A DNA stretch of 64,000 nucleotides. It comes from Eledone cirrhosa. Its lineage: Eukaryota. Below are positions 45,187-59,658 of this stretch, piece by piece. A program made the position numbers and the translations under genes. The DNA lies in contig OZ024743.1 in assembly GCA_964016885.1 (NCBI GenBank), positions 109,616,001 through 109,680,000 of the forward strand, in the 5' to 3' direction. The first letter of the stretch is position 1; each line of letters begins with the position of its first letter. The notes beneath the pieces were generated by a model. That model did not search any database and was not told the DNA's origin. It was given only the letters and a program-made list of their open reading frames with translations.

Positions 45187-46799
45187 TTTACGATATTAAA
45201 TAAATGGAAACTATATTTATATTTATAAAACCATATTTATTTCATTATATATATTTCAGGGATATCATATTAAAAATATGTTATACCTTCTTCAGACAAA
45301 ATACAATATAAACAGTCTTATAAATAGATAGATTCGACATACCTTTCAACTTCGACTTCTATTTGAAAAGTTGATTTGGTAGTGAAAAAAATATTAGGGA
45401 CAGTTACAAAAAGAAAGAAAGAAAAACGAAGAAAAGGAAGAAATGCATGCAACTAAATAGAGAGAGATAGATATAAAGAGATAGATAGAGAGAAGAAATT
45501 CATGTAAAGAAACAGAGAGAGATATATAGAGAGAGGAAAAAACCCAGAGGGAGATGGATAGAGAGAGAGAGAGAGAATAGAGGAGAGAGAGAGAGAGAGA
45601 AAATATATTGAGATAGATATAGATAGAGAAAGAGAGAAAGAAACTAGGTAGTTGGGCACCAGTTGAATGACGTATCAATGATATATTTATTTATTTACTT
45701 ATTTATTTATTTATTTATTTATTTAGTTCTAGTATTAATGTAGAGAGAGATATATGTGGTTAAGAGAGAAAACAGCCGTTACATAGAGAGAAAAGAAAAA
45801 TATCCAGACAAAAACGAGGCAGATTTAAAACACTATGTTTCATCAAAGTAAAAAATATCAATTCGTATAAAACAGGCATTATAATGTAAATATCAGTATT
45901 CATGAATGAGACACGTATCAATAATGTGTGAAAAATAATGATCTTATGTCTAGTTTAAAATTCCTAGGTTTATATTAGTGTTGAGATAAAATAGAAGGTT
46001 ATCCCAGATTGTATACTATATACATCCATGTGAATTTACGTGATCAGCTCTGCAAATTCATATTGCACACGAAAACATTCCCATTGTGCTATAAAAATTT
46101 AAGTATACATATATGTGTACATACACACAAATATATATAGAGTCTACATTAATTTTAACAATACTATTCATGTCTTTACTCTACATGATTATCGTTCAAG
46201 CATAAATAGAGAACAGATATCAATATATCAATAAAAATATCAGAAACGAAAAGTCAATAAAAAACAAAAAAAATCAAAAAATATTAAAAAATAAAAATAT
46301 TAAAAATATTAAAAATATTAAAATAAAAATAGAACATAGTATGCCCCGCAAATCAATCACAGAGATCAACCCTTCAAAGTTAATTGACAATATATTGCCA
46401 AGTTCGTTATAAGCATCAGAATCAAAAGCAAACAAAACCAAAAATTATTTACCAAATCCTGTCTAGCAGAAAACGTTCCAAAAGTTTAGGATACCCATTT
46501 GATCTACAGATGGTCTTATATTTAATATAGAAGTTTATCTAGTGTAAAATTTATTCGATATATTTGGAGCATCAGCTTTTAGGGTAGTTTAATTATTCAT
46601 GAAGAATGTTTAAAATAAAAAGGAATCGAAAGATTTATCGGCGAGTTTCATAAATAATTATAAATCAAATTAAATATACTACATTTTAAATTTATATTTA
46701 TATTTAAAAGTTGAGTTCAATCTATGTCTGCAGCAACTGAATAAATTTGTCCGTAAATTAAGGGAATTTTTAGATTTTAGTATAAAGAATATCTCCTCC
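45187..46799 (-). repeat. ~1.6-kb inverted copy of the 3' end of the adjacent PLE
   Basis: Near-identical reverse complement of 48702-50320, including the HHR-like motif (45244-45297). Confidence 0.95.
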
Positions 46800-46853
46800 G
46801 AAAGGTTGTGTTCTGTTCTCAATTTCCAACTCATGCATTATACAAGATGCCTC

Positions 46854-48822
46854 AAGAGAAACTTCAAAGGCCAGGAATATCTGAAAGGCATTAAGGATAA
46901 TATTGAGAGCTTAGAGAAAACTGAGAAGATTTTGGTGAAATCTGACAAGACCAACAACCTCTATGGAGTGCAAAAAGACATGTATAATGGCCTAATACTG
47001 AAAGAACTGAGGAAAAAGTACAAGGTAGCAGATAAGGCCGAGCTTGAGAAAATGAATGTTGAGGCATCTTGTATAATGCATGAGTTGGAAATTGAGAACA
47101 GAACACAACCTTTCGTGCCCAGGAAACCGAAGATCAATATGAAAGATCACAAAAGTAATTTTGAAAATGACCTGCCAGTCAGATTGATTGCACCATCAAA
47201 ATCAGACCTGGGTAAACTAAGCAAAAACATTCTAGACAGGGTGATACAGCAAATTAAACACTTGAATTGTGTACCTAACTTGAGCTTGTGGAAGGGAACT
47301 GGAGAGGTTGTTGAGTGGTTTAAAGAAATTAAATATAACAATAATAATAAGTTTATTCAACTAGATATCGCTAACTATTATTCATCTACTATCCCTAATC
47401 TACTAAATAAGGCACTAAATTACGCATTCAAACATACAGACCTAACTAGCAATGAAATGCACATTATATTATCGGCTAGGAAAACACTGATAGAATTTAA
47501 TGACCAACTATGGACCAGAGCAGATAGAGATAACAATTTCGACATTACTATGGGATCATCCGACTCAGCTCAGGTAATTGACCTTGTGGGCCTATTTTTA
47601 ATCAATTCGCTGCATAGGAAAATACCCGGTGCTACCGGAGGTTTATATAGAGATGACATGCTCTTACTTATTGAAAATAATAACTCTAAACTAAATTGAA
47701 AAAGAAAACAAATTACACAATTTTTTAATTACTTTAATCTAAAAATAGAAATTGAGAATATCCATAGAATAGTCAATTTCCTAGATGTAACATTAAATCT
47801 GAACACATGTCTTCACTATCCATTTCACAAGTTGAATGAAAACTTAAACTATGTCAGCTTTAACTCTAACCACCCCAGATCTGTTAAAAATACTATAGTA
47901 AACTCTGTTCAAAATCGTATCTCTAGAATCTCATCAAATAAAAAGATTTTCGACGAAAAAGCCCAGTATTACAATGAAGCGTTAGCTAGAGCAGGATATA
48001 GTGATAAAATTATGTACATAGATAATAATAGACAAACTAACCAAAATAACAACCATTTTAATTACGGCAACAACTTTAACAACTATAATAGAAAGCATTA
48101 CAATAATTCCAAAAGCCAAAAAAGAAATAGAACTAGGAATATAATATGGTTTGCCCCCCTCCCCCCCTTTCTCACTAAACATTAAAACCCACATCGCTAA
48201 ACTATTTTTTAATGCTCTTGATAATCGCTTCCCTAGAACACATAGGTATCACTCAATTTTCAATAGACATACTATAAAATTAACCTACTCATCCACCAAA
48301 AATTTAGCACAAAATATTAATAGAATAAATAATAGGAATTTAAAACCTAGCCAAAATACCGATAATAGCATAAATAATATCCAAGTTAACAAATGTAACT
48401 GTAGAGATAGATCTAAATGTCCGTTAAATAACAATTACTTAGTTAAAAATATAATATACAACTGTAATGTTAAAACGGACTTAAATTCTTTTAACTATGT
48501 TGGCTCCACCTCGGCAGAATTTAAACTTCGCTATAATAACCACAAGAATTCTTTCACAGATCCAAGCAAAAAATCCTCAACATCACTATCAGGCCTACTC
48601 TGGCAACTTAGGCATGATAACGTTGGATATTCAACGGCTTGGAATATAGTCTCAAGAGGGATTCCTTTTAATTCATCCTCTGAGACATGTGACCTCTGCG
48701 TGGAGGAGATATTCTTTATACTAAAATCTAAAAATTCCCTTAATTTACGGACAAATTTATTCAGTTGCTGCAGACATAGATTGAACTCAACTTTTAAATA
48801 TAAATATAAATTTAAAATGTAG
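46854..48822 (+). pseudogene. PLE RT + GIY-YIG ORF with one in-frame TGA (47697-47699) and one frameshift in a poly-C run (~48154-48167)
   Basis: ORFs 46806-47699 and 47832-48185 are in the same frame, with 44 sense codons between them after the TGA; 48151-48822 continues in another frame. Confidence 0.9.
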
Positions 48823-49775
48823 TATATTTAATTTGATTTATAATTATTTATGAAACTCGCCGATAAATCTTTCGATTCCTTTTTATTTTAAACATTCTTC
48901 ATGAATAATTAAACTACCCTAAAAGCTGATGCTCCAAATATATCGAATACATTTTACACTAGATAAACTTCTATATTAAATATAAGACCATCTGTAGATC
49001 AAATGGGTATCCTAAACTTTTGGAACGTTTTCTGCTAGACAGGATTTGGTAAATAACTTTTGGTTTTGTTTGCTTTTGATTCTGATGCTTATAACGAACT
49101 TGGCAATATATTGTCAATTAACTTTGAAGGGTTGATCTCTGTGATTGATTTGCGGGGCATACTATGTTCTATTTTTATTTTAATATTTTTAATATTTTTA
49201 ATATTTTTATTTTTTAATATTTTTTTGATTTTTTTGTTTTTTATTGACTTTTCGTTTCTGATATTTTTATTGATATATTGATATCTGTTCTCTATTTATG
49301 CTTGAACGATAATCATGTAGAGTAAAGACATGAATAGTATTGTTAAAATTAATGTAGACTCTATATATATTTGTGTGTATGTACACATATATGTATACTT
49401 AAATTTTTATAGCACAATGGGAATGTTTTCGTGTGCAATATGAATTTGCAGAGCTGATCACGTAAATTCACATGGATGTATATAGTATACAATCTGGGAT
49501 AACCTTCTATTTTATCTCAACACTAATATAAACCTAGGAATTTTAAACTAGACATAAGATCATTATTTTTCACACATTATTGATACGTGTCTCATTCATG
49601 AATACTGATATTTACATTATAATGCCTGTTTTATACGAATTGATATTTTTTACTTTGATGAAACATAGTGTTTTAAATCTGCCTCGTTTTTGTCTGGATA
49701 TTTTTCTTTTCTCTCTATGTAACGGCTGTTTTCTCTCTTAACCACATATATCTCGCTCTACATTAATACTAGAGC

Positions 49776-49810
<35 letters not shown>

Positions 49811-50320
49811 GTAAATAAATAAATATATCATTGATACGTCATTCAACTGGTGCCCAACTACCTAGTTTCTTTCTCTCTTTCTCTATCTATATCTATCTCT
49901 ATAAATTTTCTCTCTCTCTCTCTCTCTCCTCTCTTCTCTCTCTCTCTCTCTATCTATCTCCCTCTGGGTTTTTTCCTCTCTCTATATATCTCTCTCTGTT
50001 TCTTTACATGAATTTCTTCTCTCTATCTATCTCTCTATATCTATCTCTCTCTATTTAGTTGCATGCATTTCTTCCTTTTCTTCGTTTTTCTTTCTTTCTT
50101 TTTGTAACTGTGCCTAATATTTTTTTCACTACCAAATCAACTTTTCAAATAGAAGTCGAAGTTGAAAGGTATGTCGAATCTATCTATTTATAAGACTGTT
50201 TATATTGTATTTTGTCTGAAGAAGGCATAACATATTTTTAATATGATATCCCTGAAATATATATAATGAAATAAATATGGTTTTATAAATATAAATATAG
50301 TTTCCATTTATTTAATATCG
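46854..50320 (+). mobile_element. Longest Penelope-like element in the window (5'-truncated)
   Basis: RT motifs VKSDKTNNLY, MKDHK..PVRLI, FIQLDIANYY, ITMGSSDSAQVIDLVG, GLYRDD, VNFLDVTL, SNHP; GIY-YIG NIIYNC..YVGSTS..FKLRYNNH..CDLCVEE; 3' HHR-like motif at 50211-50268 then AATAAA. Confidence 0.95.
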
Positions 50321-50342
50321 TATATATATATATATATATATA

Positions 50343-50765
50343 TTTCGTTTCTGAATTTCTTTAGCAAGATTCTTTATTTGAAAACGTGTGTTGAAACCGA
50401 TCTTGTAATAATTTGGGAGGGTCATGTTGACAATAAGAAACACACGCACAAGTTGCTTTCACTTAGGTTTATTATAAATTAAATTATAAATTGAAACAAA
50501 AACAAGATTAAAACAAAACAAGATGGCGTACGACAGAAGAAAGGAGAGGCACAAAACAAAGAAAAGAATCCCCGGTTACCGATGTGGTCACAGAATGTGT
50601 GACGAAAGAATTTAAAAATATATATATAACCGTCCGGTTGTGGAACCAACCAACCAACCAACCGGAAATTTATAATTTTTTTTAAAATTTATAATTTAAT
50701 TTATAATAAACTGAATCGAAGTAACTGGTGCGTGTGTTTTTTTATTGACCCTCCCAAAGTATAAA
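50343..50765. mobile_element. Short back-to-back PLE family B ends
   Basis: 50343-50480 is a minus-strand end; 50480-50765 is a plus-strand end with a degenerate HHR (ccgatgt-ggtcacagaatgtgtgac-GAAA, ~50579). Confidence 0.7.
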
Positions 50766-50837
50766 AATATATAAATATATATATATATATATAAATTAAA
50801 ATACAGAAATTGTTGTGAGCGTGAATCCAACAGTATT

Positions 50838-51019
50838 TCGTGGATTGGCAGTATCGGTAGAGGGTCGGACGCCCTGCTTTCCAGCATAGTTACGTCCCTT
50901 TACGATCTGAGTTCAAATCCCGCCAAGGTTGACTTTGCCTTTCATCCTTACGAGGTCGATAAAATAAAGTACCAGTAATGCACTGGGTAATTTTCTGGCC
51001 TTGTGCCTGAAGTAGAAAC

Positions 51020-51023
<4 letters not shown>
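50838..51023 (+). mobile_element. tRNA-derived SINE, same family as 18245
   Basis: Near-identical to 18250-18432. Confidence 0.9.
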
Positions 51024-51091
<68 letters not shown>

Positions 51092-51096
<5 letters not shown>

Positions 51097-51283
51097 AACA
51101 AGAAAGACCCCGACGGCTGAGCTCAAGCCGTTTCGACGGCTAATTCTGGACTGAATTAGCCGTCGAAACGGCTTGAGCTCAGCCGTCGGAGTCTTACTTG
51201 TTCCTATTACCCACTCTACTACCCTAAGTATTGAGTACTTTGGTGCGTTATGGTCCATCTGGTTCCTTACCACATTTCCTTCG

Positions 51284-51285
<2 letters not shown>
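51092..51285. repeat. ~115-bp near-perfect palindrome containing the 3' half of a hammerhead, plus tail
   Basis: ataggaacaag..gacggctaattc-tggact-gaattagccgtc-GAAA-cggct-tgagctc-agccg-TC-ggagtc..cttgttcctat. Confidence 0.8.
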
Positions 51286-51340
<55 letters not shown>

Positions 51341-51341
<1 letters not shown>

Positions 51342-51790
51342 AGGAAATGACAGGGGGCTGGATTTGTGTAAATCCTTGAAAGGTTTATTATACTATGATC
51401 ATTTCAATGACCGGGTTCCGTATGAATCCGGTGATATCATCAGGTATTCGAAATATAATACGTGAATGTAATAGATAAAATCCATGGGGAGCCCCATGGA
51501 ATTTATCTATTACATTCACGTATTATATTTCGAATACCTGATGATATCACCGGATTCATACGGAACCCGGTCATTGAAATGATCATAGTATAATAAACCT
51601 TTCAAGGATTTACACAAATCCAGCCTCCTGTAATTTCATTATATTTAACTCCGTAATAACACCACCAACTACAAAAACAAAGACGGTTGAACTGCTTTAC
51701 GTTGAGTACTCTCTATATTATTACATTACGATTGACAATACGGAATAGACCAGCTCTATACAGTGGTGAACCACAAACCTGAATATATAT
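51341..51790. mobile_element. ~290-bp palindromic hammerhead element (two back-to-back HHRs) with plus-strand tail
   Basis: Arms 51346-51489 / 51492-51637. Plus HHR at 51534-51591: atac-CTGATGA-...accgg..ccggt..-GAAA-tgatca-TA-gtat. Mirror at 51390-51447. Confidence 0.85.
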
Positions 51791-52138
51791 ATATTCTACG
51801 GCCTCGATATAAATACCCCCTCCGCCTCCGTGGTATTTTCTTCGGGGTTATAAGAGGCTTAGCTCTGTTTCTCGACCGTTATATCGCGTGACTATCTCCC
51901 CCTCCGCCTTTTGGGATTCTTTCTCACGTCGTGTAGACGCGTTCTTGAGACTAGTAAAATGAGGTATCCTCTTGATAAGTCGGCAGACCTCGCAAGGACT
52001 CTATATCTTCATGATATATTGTTTTTGTTTATGCCACGAAACTACGTAGTCGAGGAATTTAGGAGCAGTTTAGGTATGATACATTTTATTACTAATTATA
52101 TCTAAATGTTTCTTCTCTCTTCATAATGTATATTTATA

Positions 52139-52226
<88 letters not shown>

Positions 52227-52227
<1 letters not shown>

Positions 52228-54549
52228 AGTGGGTGTAACTAGGAGTTACTGCAGGTTCACCCGGGTGAGCACTCGATGTTTAGGTTCATTTCTGTGATGA
52301 TGTGTAGAGCTATACAGTGTAAAATATAGAAAGGGTAAAAAGGACGATTGATTATACCTTCATTGCATTTATTGATAGGTGACGCGCGTTTCGCCACTGA
52401 TCAGCTCAAGGTTCGATCTATATCGATCCTACCCAACTCAATAATCGGCAGCTCGACGGACCCTCTTAAAATGCTATAAGATAATGAAATACATGCTATG
52501 TGGTAAAGTCAGAGTTTCAAGAGTTTGACAAAATGAGTTGTTTTGATTGGTGGGCAGGATCAAGGCGATGTACTGGCCTGTAGTGTATATGAGGGTGGGT
52601 GTGTTGGTGAGATGTTGGTGACGGTCTGTGGATGAGTTGGGCTGTGGTGTGGTGCTGGTTGGTTGGCCTTGGCGTGTAGAGTATGTGGGGGTGGATGTGA
52701 TGATATGGTGGTGGTTAAGGTTATTTAGTGGGATGGGCTGTGGTATGAGGTTAGTGGATTGACAGTAGACGGGTTGGCGTGTGGGTGAGGGTGTGCTAGT
52801 GGTGCCTTTGTCTATGGTAGCGGCGTTTGTGGTGGTGTGGTGGATGTATTGGTGGCTTCATGTCCTTACATAGATGTCTGACAGATACCCTGTAAAAACG
52901 TATACGTACACACATATATGTATATATGTGCACATCGTCATATACATACCATACACGCCTACAACCTCATCCCCCCATGTTCCCTCTATCTACCCTAACC
53001 TACAACGCCACGCTAAATTCGACCCTGTAACTGTACTGTCGCACGCACACACAACCACCGCCACCACTAAATACATCCACATACTTCAACAATCATTATC
53101 ATTACATCATCAACACATATCATCCCTCGCTCCCAAATCGACTGTATTATATATCCCCCACCCCCCGTCTGCCTACCATATAACACACCGTAACCTCTGA
53201 TCATGTAATCATCTTGTCGAACATATCACCCCAGCACCACCACCATCACCATGTCCACAACACACATCGCCGTACGTCCATAAACGCTTTTCCACCGCGT
53301 TCCCTATGTCACATTTTAACCGGTATTCGATCCGGTATATATACATTTTTGTCCCTCACAACTCCACCACCACCACCACAAAACACAACTCCATACTTCA
53401 TCAACACCGACAATACATACCTCCACTCCCCAACCAACAATAGTGTGTGTGTCTGTGTGTAAGTATTTTACTCATACTGGCGTTTTAAGTGTGCGTGCGT
53501 GTACGCAAATTTATGTGTATGTGTGTGTGTGTGTGTATGTGAACACATGTGTATGCATATGTCTATGTGTGTGTATATATATATCTGTATATATATATAT
53601 ATGTGTATGTGTATGCATATGTGTATGTGTGTGTATATATGTATGTGTATGTATGTGTGGGTATGTGTACGTCTACATATATGTATATGGGTAAATCTGA
53701 CTGTATGTGTAGGTGAGCTCATATATGTGCATGTATGTATATATGTACGTGTATATGTGTGTGTTGTCGGTACACGTGTGTGTATATATATATATGTGTA
53801 TATATATATACGTGTGAGTATACGTGTGTGCGAGTGTGTATGTGTATATCTTGCATACATGAGTGTGAGTCCATGTGCCCATACCCATGTGCATATATGT
53901 AAAACACCTTCTACATCGCCTCTCACCTTCCCCCCATCTCTGTCGTTCGCCACCCCCACCGATACTCCCCCACTCTCCATATTCGTGCCTGCATGCGCGC
54001 ATACACATACATGTGTGTACATATACATATGGCTGTGTGTGAGCGTATGCCGATATGTGTGGGCAAGGATGTGCGTATGTGTTTTATGTTGTGTGTGTTT
54101 ATACAACAATATGTGTGCACATATATACATATATGTGTGTACGTATACGTAAATACAAGGTATCTGTCAGACGAAGAGCGTCTAACTATGTATCTATGTA
54201 AGGACCTGAAGCCACCAATACATCCACCACACCACCACAAACGCCGCTACCATAGACAAAGGCACCACTACCCCACCCCCACCCACACGCCAACCCGTCT
54301 ACTGACAATCCACTAACCTCATACCACAGCCCATCCCACTAAATAACCTTAACCACCACCATATCATCACATCCACCCCCACATACTCTACACGCCAAGG
54401 CCAACCCACCACCACCACCACACCACAGCCCACCTCATCTACAGACCATCACCAACATCTCACCAACACACCCACCCCCATATACACTACAGGCCAGTAC
54501 ATCGCCTTGATCCTGCCCACCAATCAAAACAGCTCATTTTGTCAAACTT
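52227..54549. mobile_element. Non-coding PLE-like 3' region with ~410-bp inverted arms
   Basis: 52521-52935 is the reverse complement of ~54115-54548. The left arm continues into a long-stem-II HHR variant (52378-52462, minus), AATAAA and (TA)n. Confidence 0.7.
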
Positions 54550-54719
54550 CCTTTTAGACCAAATGCGTTGCTACTACTAGCGATCGCGATTGCCTGCAAG
54601 TCTCCTTATATTTAACGTCGTCACTATGTGCGTTCATATTCTCATTTGAATCTATGGTGTATAGTCATTTTGAATGCGTTTAGTAAGACAAATTTCTATT
54701 GATGAGCCGCGGTTCGTCT

Positions 54720-55345
54720 TGATAGTGCTATATATATTCACCTAGGTTGAATTTCAGCAGAAAGCGGGATTTCATGGAACATTGCCATCATAACTACCAT
54801 CACTCGGAAGCGATCGCCGATAATTTCTACCCTTATTTCTGCTGCATCTCCCCTGATGGCGCTTCGCCATCAGCTTCCCAAATTCATAGCTAAAGACTGC
54901 CAAATCTTTATTCGTAAACATACCGTTTATCATGAGATATACAAATTACACATACTTATATGTATACAGCGATGTTGGAGCAAGCAGCGTAATTTGATTT
55001 CTTGTTCAGACCGAGCAAGCCTAGATGCTCTGTATGCAAATGAGGCTAATCAGCGTATGTACATAGGTGTTAAAACTATGTTTTCGCCCATATTGAATTA
55101 TAGTAGGAAGCGAGGTAAGTGGAACATTGCTTTGATAACGACCAATAGTAAAAAAAAAAGATCGTCGGTAATTTCCCCCTTTGCTTCCGTTCGAAATCTC
55201 TAGATGGCACTTTTTTATCAGCTTTTAAAGTTCATAGCTAAAGGGTTTCGAATATTTATTCATAAACATACCGTATATCATTAGAAATACAAAATAAATA
55301 GACATATATGTATACAACTATGTTGAAGCAAATACCTTAATTATA
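54720..55345. repeat. Two diverged direct copies of a ~350-bp unit
   Basis: tggaacattgc (54775/55120), gatggc..atcagctt..ttcatagctaaag (54855/55203) and taaacataccgt recur at ~348-bp spacing. Confidence 0.7.
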
Positions 55346-55726
55346 TATATATATATATGTGTGTGTGTGGGGGGGCGCGTGTGTGCGTGTGTGCGTGCGT
55401 GTGTGTTTGTGTGTGAGTGTGTATGTGTGTTTGGTGTGTGTGTGTGTGTGTCTATGTTGTGTATATATGTATTGTTATAATGTGGAAGGATCATACCACT
55501 AATAAAAGACTTACGTCCCTCATGTGTTTAACTTGGTTTGTATTATTAGTTAGGTAATTTATCCATTCTATTATATACATGTATGAATTTGTGTATGTTC
55601 ATATGTGAGCGTGTATATCTGAATGTGTGTAATTCAGTGAATATAATGAATATAATTACAAACACTCGCGAACACAAAAACAGACACATTCGCACAAACA
55701 CACACACACGCATATATATATATATA

Positions 55727-57082
<1,356 letters not shown>

Positions 57083-57169
57083 TATATCGAACCGAATCGC
57101 AGGTGTTCTGACGAAGATATATATTCCACAAGCCAAGTATATCATTCATTGAATGTTTAAAATAACCTA

Positions 57170-57812
57170 AGATCATGTTCTACGGTCATGCACTGGCATA
57201 TGGGGATTCAGATGACAAGGACAGTTTCGGGCCAAAGCGCGAGGCACATGAGAAGCACGCTGGCGCCAGCAAGACGCCAAAATTCATCCCTGACAGCCTC
57301 CGCCTTGGTGGCAACGGCTACATGGAGCTCCTGGAAGAGTGCGACAAGACCTGGATTGACAGGGAGGCTAATGGGAGACCCTAAGTGTTTAACAGAACAC
57401 CTTCCCGAACCCACAAGGCCACGGCCACAGAGACTTGGCTTTTCACCAACATGTACAATTGGTCTACCAAGTCATGGCTCCCTTCATTGCCATAGTATTA
57501 TATTCTTGACTATTTTTGCCGGGTGTTTTGAGAGCGAGGTTAACAGCAGATCCTACAACACCAAGGAGTCTATGATGGCAGCCATCAGGGACGCCATGAC
57601 CAACGTAGACAGGAACGCTCTCGCCAAGGATCCTCCAGCTTCCGGTCCCGCCTGGAAAATGTGGTGGCCGACTATGGTAGCCACATCATGGGATTTCTGT
57701 ACCATGTATGTGTGTCTAACTGTGTATAAATATTAATTGAAGTAATTGTTATATAAATAACGCTGTTTTTATTATCCACGAATATTTTTCCCGATTTATC
57801 TTCGCCACACTA
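57170..57812 (+). mobile_element. Decayed Tc1/mariner-superfamily transposon (probably DD37D/maT-like), 3' half
   Basis: Frameshifted translation FIPDSLRLGGNGYMELLE..WIDREANGRP*VF..THKATATETWL..WLPSLP*..LDYF..VFESEVNSRSYNTKESMMAAI..SFRSRLENVVADYGSHI resembles the WPPxSPDLNPLD-type transposase C-terminus. Candidate TIR ending cttcgccacac-ta. Confidence 0.7.
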
Positions 57813-58651
57813 TAAATAGCGAGTCGTATCATGTCAAATATATCTGTTGTATATAATGACAGACAATTGTCAATATTTTATACAAAAGATTCTTCTCTTT
57901 CTTATGCTGTCCGTGTGTGTGCCTAATTTTGGCGTGTATATGTGTTATATAAATGTTGAGCTTTAATGTTATCAAACGATAACACATCATTTGCTGTATT
58001 CAAATACACTATTGTCCAATCTATCAAATGTTTGGTTTTCATTCAATATATTCACATTTCTACATTTAACCCAATCAGAAATTTACACGCAATCAATTTT
58101 AATAAGTTAACTAAATAAAGGAAGACGCTTATTTTATATCTCACTAAGGTTTAAACAATTACTAGAAACGAAAGAGAGAATGTAAATACAATACTTATTA
58201 TTCGATTATTTCATTGAGGTAGCAGACTGCAAAATGATAAATATGTCTCTTTGGGTTAACATTCTGACTTCTCTTTATTTTTTGCCTAACGTGTAAAGAA
58301 ATCTTTTAAATGAAAATAAAACAAACAGAAAACAAGACGAAAGCAGAATAAAACATAAAACAAAACCAAAAAAGTACAATGAAATAATTTGTGCATTCTC
58401 GTTAAGAAAAATATCTTCACAGTGGCTATACATAACGATTACATGTCAAAATACAACACCAAATTTATGGATATAAAAAGAGAATTGAAGGATATGTTTC
58501 AGATTTCGACAAAATAAAATGCTGTAGAGGAAAATAAATCAGCCATCAAAAAAAAATTGTCAATAATGATTTAACTTGAATTTTGTACGTTGTTATTGAA
58601 TTTTATACATTGTTAGCGAGGCTATATCTCTCTGACAGCAACAAAATCATG

Positions 58652-58728
<77 letters not shown>

Positions 58729-58897
58729 GTATATTCAAATACAGACCCACACATTAAAAATATCGGTCTAAATATGAATATATGTATATAATTCTTAACT
58801 TCCTTTGAAAGATTTGTAACACAATCTACAATGTAGGAGAAACAAATCTGGCAATCTTATGAACAAAACATCATATTGATGCAAAAATAAAAAATCG

Positions 58898-58961
<64 letters not shown>

Positions 58962-59562
58962 TTCATGGACGTTCTTTTTCAATACATTAATGTAACGTAA
59001 AGTATTTGGCACACACTAGTATAATTATCGGCCTAATTAACTTGTAATTGTGTTAAGAACAGAACATTTAAAATTGGAATACTCTATTTTGTTTTAGTAA
59101 GGCTAATCTAAATTTAATTTTGAATAATGTAAAAACGTCATCAGTAAATTTTAATTCAGATATAAATTCAGTTATGTTTATTAAATCGTTAATAAGATAA
59201 ATCTATGCTAGATAAGAATTACATTGTAATATTTCATGTAAATTATCACATTGGTGGAAGTGAATTGGCTTCTTTCTGAAATTAACGAGCCTGTCACTGA
59301 TTTGCCTTTCAGTGTCTAAGCACCATAAATTTATTAATTCTTGATGTAATTCAAATGCACCATATAATTCGGATGTTTATGCCATGACTATCCATAATCA
59401 TCTAGGAAGACGAAAAATTAACTTCTTGTTTCGAAATGAGATGGGGTCGGTAAGCCGAATTAATACTTGACGAAATACTAATAAACATATTTACTTTTGA
59501 ACTTACGAAAATGATTTCACTAAATGTCGTGACATTACTAAATCATAAGCTACATGGAATTA

Positions 59563-59563
<1 letters not shown>

Positions 59564-59657
<94 letters not shown>
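59564..59657. repeat. (TAA)n immediately followed by (ATT)n microsatellite
   Basis: Direct reading; strand switch at ~59621. Confidence 0.95.

Positions 59658-59658
<1 letters not shown>

Noticed and set aside
48840-48910. SECIS element after the PLE stop codon (ATGA...AAA...GA)
   Set aside because: I could not pair helix II by eye, and no TGA occurs at conserved Cys positions.
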